Assembly: GCF_054482525.1 (NCBI RefSeq)
Contig: NZ_CM137006.1
Length of the DNA stretch: 64,000 nucleotides
Strand: one strand, 5' to 3'
Position 1 is the first letter of the stretch. Each line of letters opens with the position of its first letter. Positions 40,564-48,992 of this stretch are shown here, piece by piece. The position numbers and the translations under genes are program-made. The notes beneath the pieces are model-generated. The model saw only the letters and a program-made list of their open reading frames with translations, searched no databases and was not told the DNA's origin.

Positions 40564-42453
40564 ATGAAGAAAGTGCTCACTCTCTCACTGCTGGCTCTCT
40601 GCGTTTCTCATGGTGCAGCGGCAGCAAACTACGCGCTCAATAACGACAATATTGCCCTCTTGTTTGATGATACAAACTCAACGGTCGTGGTGAAGGACAA
40701 CAAGGCTAACCATCCGCTCACGCCGCAGGAGTTGTTCTTTCTGACGCTGCCGGATGAGAGTAAAATCCACACCGCGGATTTCAAAATCAAGCACGTCGAA
40801 AAGCAGGATAACGCGATTGTCATCGACTTTACGCACCCGGATTTTAACGTCACGGTGAAGCTGAACCTGGTGAAGGGAAAATACGCCAACATCGGCTACA
40901 CCATTGCCGCCGTGGGGCAGCCGCGCGACGTCGCTAAAATCACCTTCTTCCCGACCCAAAAACAGTCTCAGGCCCCTTACGTAGACGGCGCAATCAATAG
41001 CTCTCCGATCGTTGCGGACTCGTTCTTTATCCTGCCGGATAAACCGATCGTGAATACCTACGCCTATGAAGCCACCACCAATCTCAACGTAGAGCTGAAA
41101 ACGCCGATTCAGCCAGAGGCGCCGGTCAGCTTTACTACCTGGTTCGGCACTTTCCCGGAAACCAGCCAGCTGCGCCGCAGCGTGAACCAGTTTATTAATG
41201 ACGTACGTCCACGCCCATACAAGCCTTATCTGCACTACAACAGCTGGATGGATATCGGCTTTTTCACTCCCTACACTGAACAGGATGTGCTGGGGCGTAT
41301 GGACGAGTGGAACAAGGAGTTCATTACGGGCCGCGGCGTGGCGCTGGACGCCTTCCTGCTGGATGATGGCTGGGACGATCTGACCGGACGCTGGCTATTT
41401 GGCACGGCATTCAGAAACGGTTTTAGCAAAGTACGGGAGAAAGCCGACAGCCTGCACAGCTCCGTTGGGCTATGGCTTTCACCGTGGGGTGGCTACAACA
41501 AACCGCGCGACGTTCGCGTTTCGCATGCAAAAGAGTATGGGTTCGAAACCGTGGACGGCAAACTGGCGCTGTCGGGAGCGAACTACTTTAAAAACTTCAA
41601 TGAGCGGATCATCAAGCTTATCAAAAACGAGCACATCACCTCATTTAAACTCGACGGGATGGGTAACGCCAGTTCGCATATCAAAGGCAGCTCGTTCGCC
41701 TCAGATTTCGATGCATCAATCGCCCTGCTGCACAATATGCGCAGCGCAACCCCGAATCTGTTTATCAACCTGACCACCGGCACCGACGCCAGCCCGTCCT
41801 GGCTGTTCTACGCTGATTCTATCTGGCGTCAGGGAGATGACATTAACCTGTATGGTTCCGGTACGCCGGTGCAGCAGTGGATGACCTACCGCGATGCCGA
41901 GACGTACCGCTCCATTGTCCGTAAAGGCCCTCTGTTCCCGCTGAACTCGCTGATGTACCACGGGATAGTCAGCGCCGAGAATGCCTATTACGGGTTAGAG
42001 AAGGTGCAAACGGACAGCGACTTTGCCGATCAGGTCTGGAGCTACTTCGCGACCGGCACCCAGCTGCAGGAGCTGTATATTACCCCGTCCATGCTGAACA
42101 AGGTGAAGTGGGATACGCTGGCGAAGGCTGCAAAATGGTCGAAGGAAAATGCCAGCGTGCTGGTTGATACCCACTGGATTGGCGGCGACCCAACGGCGCT
42201 TGCCGTGTACGGCTGGGCATCCTGGAGCAAAGACAAAGCCATTCTCGGTTTGCGCAACCCATCGGATAAGCCACAGGCCTACTATCTGGATTTGGCTAAG
42301 GATTTCGAAATACCGACAGGAGACGTGGCGCAGTTTAGTCTGAAAGCGGTATACGGCAGCAATAAAACCGTGCCCGTTGAGTATAAAAACGCGACGGTGA
42401 TTACGTTGCAGCCGCTGGAAACGCTGGTGTTTGAGGCGGTGCCCGTTAACTAA
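40564..42453 (+). CDS. Secreted protein with signal peptide, glycoside-hydrolase-like (function uncertain)
   Basis: MKKVLTLSLLALCVSHGAAAANY is a signal peptide. A large domain follows with DDGWD and other TIM-barrel glycosidase-like segments. The call is tentative. Confidence 0.45.
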   Translation: MKKVLTLSLLALCVSHGAAAANYALNNDNIALLFDDTNSTVVVKDNKANHPLTPQELFFLTLPDESKIHTADFKIKHVEKQDNAIVIDFTHPDFNVTVKLNLVKGKYANIGYTIAAVGQPRDVAKITFFPTQKQSQAPYVDGAINSSPIVADSFFILPDKPIVNTYAYEATTNLNVELKTPIQPEAPVSFTTWFGTFPETSQLRRSVNQFINDVRPRPYKPYLHYNSWMDIGFFTPYTEQDVLGRMDEWNKEFITGRGVALDAFLLDDGWDDLTGRWLFGTAFRNGFSKVREKADSLHSSVGLWLSPWGGYNKPRDVRVSHAKEYGFETVDGKLALSGANYFKNFNERIIKLIKNEHITSFKLDGMGNASSHIKGSSFASDFDASIALLHNMRSATPNLFINLTTGTDASPSWLFYADSIWRQGDDINLYGSGTPVQQWMTYRDAETYRSIVRKGPLFPLNSLMYHGIVSAENAYYGLEKVQTDSDFADQVWSYFATGTQLQELYITPSMLNKVKWDTLAKAAKWSKENASVLVDTHWIGGDPTALAVYGWASWSKDKAILGLRNPSDKPQAYYLDLAKDFEIPTGDVAQFSLKAVYGSNKTVPVEYKNATVITLQPLETLVFEAVPVN

Positions 42454-42512
42454 ACGCTTGTCCCAATGAGCAGACCGGGTAAGGCGCAAGCGCCACCCGG
42501 CAAAACCGGCAG

Positions 42513-42830
42513 CAGGGGCTTATTCCCCCTGCTGTTCCAGCGCATACTTATACAACGCATTCTTCTTCACTCCGTGGATTTCTGCCGCCAACGCCGCCGC
42601 TTGCTTCAACGGCAGCTCAGCCTACAACAGCGCCAGCGTACGCAGCGCATCGGCGGGCAGTTCGTCATCCTGGGCTTTATGGCCTTCAATAATCAGCACC
42701 ATCTCGCCTTTGCGAGGGTTTTCATCTTCTTTGATCCACGCCAGCAGTTCGCCGACCGACGTGCCGTGGATGGTTCCCAGGCGGGTGTTCATCACATAAC
42801 GGTATAGGGCATCATTCAGCGGAGCCATTA
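42513..42830 (-). pseudogene. rsmI: 3' fragment of 16S rRNA 2'-O-methyltransferase gene (nonsense codon, 5' truncated and divergent)
   Basis: ...[83 protein letters not shown] matches the RsmI (YraL) C-terminus except for a TAG replacing Gln. Upstream residues are only weakly RsmI-like. Confidence 0.5.
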
Positions 42831-42932
42831 ACAGGCAGCACGCGTCAACCCAGTTGGAGAGTAACGCCGTCATTGGGTTATTTCTTTCCATAAAAATACG
42901 CAAACATGCCCCATACCTCCTGTTCCAACAGC

Positions 42933-44369
42933 TCAACCTTTCTTAATCATTGCCGAAATTGCGCCACAGTCATGAAACTTATCAAAACCAGTGGTGCCTT
43001 TGATATATTCAGTAACCAGAGTACCAATAATCTTAACCGTTTCTTTGTTCGTTGTGATAAAGCCCAGTGGCATCGTTACAGGCAATATTTCGGGTTGAGA
43101 AATATGATAGATAACGGCAGATAACTCATCCTCAAGATGAAGGATCTCAACATTACCATCTAACAGCCCCTCAACTAGTCCTTTAGCGTACTCATGGAAT
43201 TGCCCAAGTTCATACTTCCACTGTCTGGCAACCCGAGCATCAGCTGCATCCCGGACAGGTACGTACAGCACCGGTTTATACAGCTGCTTATCCTTCGTAG
43301 CCGACTTGCTAAGAAAATTGCTCAGGCTTGAGATAAATCGAATGCTTTTTGACCAGTAGGGATCTGATGGTGCCACCCAGATGAACGGGCTACCTCCATA
43401 ATCAGTTTTATCTCTGATACGCTGATTGAGCGCTGGTGCCAGAGCTTTCTGCAGCTTTTCCCAGTTGTTTTTAGAATAAACCGGACCTAAAAAAGTCGTT
43501 CTGCCTGAGGACGAGTATTCTTCCAGTGCTTGCATATCTTTGATAAACAACGGATTAAGTCGATTCGTTTTAGAGTCAAACAGCTTAAGCGTAAGGTCAT
43601 CGTTAATGGATTGCATGGCCTTAAAAATACTCATGGTATTGTTATGCCGTGATAACCTGGCTATCTCAACAGCCATTAACTCATGAACACATTCCGAACT
43701 ATTTAACTGTTCATAGTCTTCACGCTCGACAGCCTTACCATCGCTATCCATTTTAAATTCCGTTGTTAAACGGAGTGGTATTTGCCGCAGCTTATTAACA
43801 GAATTAACGGTATAGATAGAAGGTTGTTCTTTTCCGACCTGAACCTGCAGGTGAGACAGGTAACCTTTATCCAGGATTTGATTAAACTGGTATTGAAAGT
43901 GCTTCTCAACCAGTTTCTCACTTTGAGAAATGTTGTTGTCATCAACCTTTAATGTTACCCCTCCCCTCCAGTGGTCCTGAAAAGCCTGGTTGCTGAAGCA
44001 ACTAAATGTGGCTAAATCAAAGGATAAGGTACAGCCACTGTCCTGAATAGTTGAAAGATGCGGTATCTCGCCAACCTCTGAAAAATAGCCATTTGATTTG
44101 TCTGTTAAGGCCAGTCTGCCGTCTGAGGAGAGCGTCAATTCGCCACGCTGCACAAGATCGGAAATCGCCTCCTCTGTCTCACGGTGGGTCAGGCCGAAAT
44201 AGGTTGCTATTTGTGCTTTGCTCATCGAAGCTACATGAACAAGTCTCAGCACAAACTCCCGGATAAATGGCAGCCCCTTCTGGGAAACATAGGAAAACTG
44301 AATGTTAAACCTCTGTGCTGGCAGCAGGAAGTCAACCTCATGATAGGTAACTTTGTTATCAGATATCAT
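42933..44369 (-). CDS. Hypothetical 478-aa protein with N-terminal winged-HTH-like region; distal gene of the NERD-kinase-helicase operon
   Basis: ATG at 44369-44367 overlaps the TGA of the upstream giant ORF (ATGA coupling). Residues about 40-90 ([46 protein letters not shown]) look like a wHTH. I see no catalytic motif and no HxK PLD motif. Confidence 0.55.
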   Translation of the reverse strand: MISDNKVTYHEVDFLLPAQRFNIQFSYVSQKGLPFIREFVLRLVHVASMSKAQIATYFGLTHRETEEAISDLVQRGELTLSSDGRLALTDKSNGYFSEVGEIPHLSTIQDSGCTLSFDLATFSCFSNQAFQDHWRGGVTLKVDDNNISQSEKLVEKHFQYQFNQILDKGYLSHLQVQVGKEQPSIYTVNSVNKLRQIPLRLTTEFKMDSDGKAVEREDYEQLNSSECVHELMAVEIARLSRHNNTMSIFKAMQSINDDLTLKLFDSKTNRLNPLFIKDMQALEEYSSSGRTTFLGPVYSKNNWEKLQKALAPALNQRIRDKTDYGGSPFIWVAPSDPYWSKSIRFISSLSNFLSKSATKDKQLYKPVLYVPVRDAADARVARQWKYELGQFHEYAKGLVEGLLDGNVEILHLEDELSAVIYHISQPEILPVTMPLGFITTNKETVKIIGTLVTEYIKGTTGFDKFHDCGAISAMIKKG

Positions 44370-47300
44370 TTCTTTTTGCCTCCCTGCTGAGCAGAGAGGA
44401 ACCTGTATCCAGCTTCCTGACCTCGCTCAGCCATATAACTTACAACGTAGCCTAATGGCAATTCTTTATTGTTTCCCTTCCAGATATCGGCATTACCCAC
44501 AATCAACAGTCGATCCATTGCGCGTGACATCGCGACATTTATACGGTTTGGAACGCGTAAGAAACCTGGGCTATGCTGCTTATCCGAACGCGTCAGTGAC
44601 AGGATAATGATCCGATTTTCCTTTCCCTGATAACTGTCAACAGTGTCAATTTTAACAATGTCCTTAAATCCCTCGCTCCAGATTTCCTGATTGAATTTCT
44701 GACGGAGTAACCGCTTTTGTTCGGCATACATACATATCACGCCGATAGCGGCTTCATCTTTGCTAACAAGTTTTGAAAGCTTAGCGACAAATTCTTCATT
44801 CTCTGACACCTGTTTAAGAACAGAAATAATCTCGTCAGCTTCACATCGGTTGTAAATGCTTGTTCCGCGATCTTCAAGATGATGTGCTCGGTGGCCCTGA
44901 TTAGCAGTATCAAGCCAGGTTACAACGCTACGTAACGCTTCCGGAGCTTGCTGATAGACATCCGGAATTGCCCGTACTCCATTCAGAAGCTTCCCGTCAT
45001 AAAACGTCTTCGATACGAGATTACCAATCGGTGGAGCCATACGATACTGGGTCATCAAAGCTGCACTCGTCTGCGCACCATAAGCAGAGTTGAAGGCTCG
45101 GGCAAAGTCACTTCGTAATACCTCGTCAATTTCAGTGCGGGAGTTATTGATACCCAGCTTCCTCGCTAATGCCGCCTTGTGGGCATCTGAGTACAATGGA
45201 GGAAGCTGCATGTGGTCACCCACCAACAGGACACGCCGGGCTGACTGCATTGCAATGGCCAGCTCACTTGAAATCGAGCGCGCCGCCTCATCAATAATCA
45301 CCCAGTCATAGATATTCTCCTGAATGCCAATGTGCCCTTGTCCAATACCAACGCATGTGCCAGCCACTAACTGCCTGGAGCGCGAATAAAACTCGTCCAG
45401 GTTCACTCGCTCTCCCGACATAGCATCCTGCATATCACGGGATATTTTAGCTAATGCTTTTACTCGTCTTGCCTCATCAGGTCTGACACCATACTCTGTA
45501 CATAGCTTGGAAATCAGAATGTCTTTTGCTGCTGAGACCTTCACGCCATTGTCCAAGTTAATCCCATACTCCTGACTCAGCTTAGAGCGGATGGAAAAAT
45601 CGAGTTCGACTGCAATATCTTTCAGTTCATTGCTCTCATTTGAATCCGTTAAATTGTTAACCTGATAGAGCAATTTCTCAAGGTGATCGATTTGTCTGAA
45701 CAAATTGAGCTCTGCAAGAACAACACCCGAAATAAATCCCGGCTCAAGACCAATAGCTTCACTCAATGCTTCAACACGGTACTTAATTTCAGCATTGAAG
45801 AGTTCGCGCTTCTCTGTTGTGATTGCGTGTGAGTACACATCTTTTAAGCCAGGGGAAACGGCTCCCTCTCGGTTGCTGAACCTGACAACGTCCAACTCTG
45901 TACCAAGCCGGGAACAATGCTTTCTGATACGCTCGGCCGCTGTATTCACAGCCTCGTGTGACTGGCTGACCAGTAAAATGCGTTTGGTATTCTGTTTCTC
46001 GATCAGGTAGTGAACAAAGGCCGCGATGAACTCGGTTTTACCGGTCCCCGGTGGCCCCTGAAGCAGGGAGAGAGGGCCATTATTGACCAGTTTGTTAAAC
46101 GCCTTTCTTTGCTGTTCATTCAGACTGATCTTGTTTCCGTGCTGATCTTCACGGTCGTATCTGGCAAAATCGGTATCGCTGAGAGTGATACCATAATTTT
46201 GAGCCGCCTGTTTGCAGGATGGATCGAACAAGTCAATTAAGTCAGGCAGCACACTTTCTCGATCTAGGAGACGTTCCAGTGCGCGTTTACGTTTCTGATA
46301 AGATGCACGAGTCGGCCTTGTACGGAAGAAGACAATATCAGAATCCTTCAGCTTGAAGGCTGCTGAACTAACTTTGACAAGACGAATCTCTTTGAGCTCT
46401 GACTTCTTAAGTGACACTTCACCAATAAATCGCTCAACACCTTCCTGATCGACCTGTAAGGCTTCGACTTCATCACTACTTCTGAAAGCACCGAGTGGAT
46501 CAACATCAGCAGAGTAAGGGAGAAGAAGCTCTCCATGAGCATCTGCAACCGGGACCACTTCACCGCTGATTTCAATGTTTGGATAAGATTCTGTTTCAGT
46601 ATCCAGAATGGCGCGCCACAGTTTCACTGTTGGGATTTCCAGCACTTCTCTTAAAGAAGGTTCAAGCGTCTGCTTATCAAGCCTTGCAAAGGTATCTTTT
46701 AGCTGAAGCGTAAGTGGCTCTTGTACCTGAACATCTTCAGTTGCGGCAATCAACTCGATTGCCCGCGCAAAAGATTCTTCTTCATTAAGCAATACTGTCA
46801 ACGCCGACAGATCCTGCGGACTGCCGGGAATAATCTTGATGCCAGTATCAATTTCGAACTGGCTTTCATCAATATCTTGCTTACGAATTGTGACGCGAGC
46901 CCGTGGCCTGAAGCCATGAACCAGCGTCTTCTGATCTTTGTTGAACACCGCAGTAAAACTGCCACCAATCCCAGAGAAAGTCACATTTACTTCAGCTGGC
47001 GCTTTAGGATTTGACTTAACTTTGACATACAGATGCCCGTTATCAGGCAGAATAGAGATTATTTCATCGGCATTTCCTGCAGTAATCTCTATCAGGTCTT
47101 GTTCTGGCACCAGGTCATTACTATCTATCGCTTTTTTAAAGCGGCCTAAATCCTTAAACCCAAAAACCGGATCTTCCAGCTCTGCTCGGATAGCATTCGC
47201 GATTGTCGGATAAATGTCTGATTCCAGCCCCCATGACATGCCTAGCAACTCGCAGGACATCTTCATCACTGCATAGTTGTCACGTTCAAAAGAAGTACAA

Positions 47301-47557
47301 TTATCAATGTATTCAGGGCTGTAACTGTGATTTTTAGGTTCGTCACCGGACGGTGAAAAATCGGGGATATCGATGAGAAAAAGCAAACGGCTCTGTGTCT
47401 CAAATATCACATTGCCAGGGTGGATGTCCCCGTGAGAAACACCCAGACCATGTAAGTGCTCAACGGCGGCGACAAACTTACCAATGAGGTCGATTTTTTC
47501 ATCATCGGGGACCGCTATTTTATCCCAGGTTTCTCCCTGTACCTGATCCGTGACCAT
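44366..47557 (-). CDS. C-terminal 1063-aa portion of an IS629-interrupted giant gene: end of an HGD-type kinase-like domain, linker region, Upf1-like SF1B helicase (AAA_11/AAA_12)
   Basis: HGDIHPGNVIFE and LIDIPDF (kinase catalytic loop / DFG-like). Helicase motifs: Walker A LLQGPPGTGKT (about 46040-46070), Walker B VIIDEAARS, III LLVGDHMQLPP, IV YRMAPPIGN, V VDSYQGKENRIIILS, VI RVPNRINVAMSRAMDRLLIVGN. Reading upstream through 47558-47682 is stop-free and joins the frame of ORF 48993-50649. Confidence 0.7.
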   Translation of the reverse strand: MVTDQVQGETWDKIAVPDDEKIDLIGKFVAAVEHLHGLGVSHGDIHPGNVIFETQSRLLFLIDIPDFSPSGDEPKNHSYSPEYIDNCTSFERDNYAVMKMSCELLGMSWGLESDIYPTIANAIRAELEDPVFGFKDLGRFKKAIDSNDLVPEQDLIEITAGNADEIISILPDNGHLYVKVKSNPKAPAEVNVTFSGIGGSFTAVFNKDQKTLVHGFRPRARVTIRKQDIDESQFEIDTGIKIIPGSPQDLSALTVLLNEEESFARAIELIAATEDVQVQEPLTLQLKDTFARLDKQTLEPSLREVLEIPTVKLWRAILDTETESYPNIEISGEVVPVADAHGELLLPYSADVDPLGAFRSSDEVEALQVDQEGVERFIGEVSLKKSELKEIRLVKVSSAAFKLKDSDIVFFRTRPTRASYQKRKRALERLLDRESVLPDLIDLFDPSCKQAAQNYGITLSDTDFARYDREDQHGNKISLNEQQRKAFNKLVNNGPLSLLQGPPGTGKTEFIAAFVHYLIEKQNTKRILLVSQSHEAVNTAAERIRKHCSRLGTELDVVRFSNREGAVSPGLKDVYSHAITTEKRELFNAEIKYRVEALSEAIGLEPGFISGVVLAELNLFRQIDHLEKLLYQVNNLTDSNESNELKDIAVELDFSIRSKLSQEYGINLDNGVKVSAAKDILISKLCTEYGVRPDEARRVKALAKISRDMQDAMSGERVNLDEFYSRSRQLVAGTCVGIGQGHIGIQENIYDWVIIDEAARSISSELAIAMQSARRVLLVGDHMQLPPLYSDAHKAALARKLGINNSRTEIDEVLRSDFARAFNSAYGAQTSAALMTQYRMAPPIGNLVSKTFYDGKLLNGVRAIPDVYQQAPEALRSVVTWLDTANQGHRAHHLEDRGTSIYNRCEADEIISVLKQVSENEEFVAKLSKLVSKDEAAIGVICMYAEQKRLLRQKFNQEIWSEGFKDIVKIDTVDSYQGKENRIIILSLTRSDKQHSPGFLRVPNRINVAMSRAMDRLLIVGNADIWKGNNKELPLGYVVSYMAERGQEAGYRFLSAQQGGKKK

Positions 47558-47736
47558 ATATAGGCTTGATGATTTTGATGCGATACCGAATTCACGAATT
47601 TGAGGTAGATACGTTGTTTTAACTGAAGAAAGCCGCTCAACCTGCTTTAAAAACTTCAGAACCTGGAAATTAATTGACGGATTGAACCGCCCCGGGAATC
47701 CTGGAGACTAAACTCCCTGAGAAAGAGGTAAACAGG

Positions 47737-48063
47737 ATGACTAAAAATACTCGTTTTTCCCCCGAAGTCCGTCAGAGGGCGATTCGTATGGTTCTGGAAA
47801 GTCAGGGCGAATATGACTCACAGTGGGCGGCAATTTGTTCCATTGCCCCAAAGATTGGCTGTACACCGGAGACTCTGCGTGTCTGGGTACGCCAGCATGA
47901 GCGGGATACCGGAGGCGGTGATGGCGGGCTCACCACCGCTGAACGTCAGCGTCTGAAAGAGCTGGAACGTGAAAATCGTGAACTGCGCCGCAGTAACGAT
48001 ATCCTTCGCCAGGCTTCCGCTTATTTTGCGAAGGCGGAGTTCGACCGCCTCTGGAAAAAATGA
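47737..48063 (+). CDS. IS629 OrfA (HTH transposase N-terminal protein)
   Basis: [60 protein letters not shown]..., as I recall IS629/IS1203 OrfA. Confidence 0.8.
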   Translation: MTKNTRFSPEVRQRAIRMVLESQGEYDSQWAAICSIAPKIGCTPETLRVWVRQHERDTGGGDGGLTTAERQRLKELERENRELRRSNDILRQASAYFAKAEFDRLWKK

Positions 48064-48950
48064 TGCCACTGCTGGATAAGCTGCGTGAGCAGTACGGGGT
48101 CGGACCGCTATGCAGCGAACTGCATATTGCCCCGTCAACGTATTACCACTGTCAGCAACAGCGACATCATCCGGATAAACGCAGTGCCCGTGCGCAGCGC
48201 GATGACTGGCTGAAGAAAGAGATACAGCGCGTATACGATGAAAATCATCAGGTGTACGGTGTGCGTAAAGTCTGGCGTCAGTTGTTACGGGAAGGTATCA
48301 GAGTGGCCAGATGCACTGTGGCACGTCTCATGGCGGTTATGGGACTTGCCGGTGTTCTCCGGGGTAAAAAGGTCCGTACGACCATCAGCCGGAAAGCCGT
48401 TGCCGCAGGCGACCGCGTAAACCGTCAGTTCGTGGCAGAACGACCTGACCAGCTGTGGGTGGCTGATTTTACTTACGTCAGCACATGGCGGGGCTTCGTC
48501 TATGTGGCGTTCATCATTGATGTGTTTGCCGGATACATCGTGGGGTGGCGGGTCTCATCGTCTATGGAAACGACATTCGTGCTGGATGCTCTGGAGCAGG
48601 CGTTATGGGCCCGTCAACCGTCCGGCACAGTCCATCACAGTGATAAAGGTTCTCAGTATGTATCGCTGGCCTACACACAGCGGCTTAAGGAAGCCGGATT
48701 ACTGGCATCAACAGGAAGTACTGGTGACTCGTATGACAACGCGATGGCGGAGAGCATCAATGGCCTTTACAAAGCGGAGGTAATACACCGTAAGAGCTGG
48801 AAAAACCGGACAGAAGTGGAGCTGGCCACACTCACGTGGGTGGACTGGTATAACAATCGACGATTGCTGGAAAGGCTGGGCCATATCCCACCGGCAGAAG
48901 CAGAAAAAGCTTATTATGCTTCCATCGGAAACGATGATCTGGCAGCCTGA
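48060..48950 (+). CDS. IS629 OrfB (DDE transposase catalytic domain)
   Basis: ...[36 protein letters not shown]...[11 protein letters not shown]...[17 protein letters not shown]... are DDE motifs of IS3-family OrfB. Confidence 0.8.
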   Translation: MMPLLDKLREQYGVGPLCSELHIAPSTYYHCQQQRHHPDKRSARAQRDDWLKKEIQRVYDENHQVYGVRKVWRQLLREGIRVARCTVARLMAVMGLAGVLRGKKVRTTISRKAVAAGDRVNRQFVAERPDQLWVADFTYVSTWRGFVYVAFIIDVFAGYIVGWRVSSSMETTFVLDALEQALWARQPSGTVHHSDKGSQYVSLAYTQRLKEAGLLASTGSTGDSYDNAMAESINGLYKAEVIHRKSWKNRTEVELATLTWVDWYNNRRLLERLGHIPPAEAEKAYYASIGNDDLAA

Positions 48951-48992
48951 GTTCACAGATAAAACACTCTCCAGGAAACCCGGGGCGGTTCA

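Larger units (their letters stand above)
47683..48992 (+). mobile_element. IS629 (IS3 family), complete 1310-bp copy with 3-bp target-site duplication GAT
   Basis: Terminal IRs TGAACCGCCCCGGG... at 47683 and ...CCCGGGGCGGTTCA ending at 48992. GAT at 47680-82 and 48993-95. Internal orfA/orfB arranged for a -1 frameshift. Confidence 0.85.

Noticed and set aside
42933-44369. The 478-aa partner being a PLD nuclease (MkoB-like)
   Set aside because: No HxK(x)4D motif anywhere in the sequence. The Mokosh analogy therefore cannot be completed by this gene.
48832-48992. C-terminal 53 residues of the 605-aa ORF-track product
   Set aside because: This stretch is the IS629 right end read in the giant gene's frame. 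It is not native protein, and the native frame continues on the far side of the IS.
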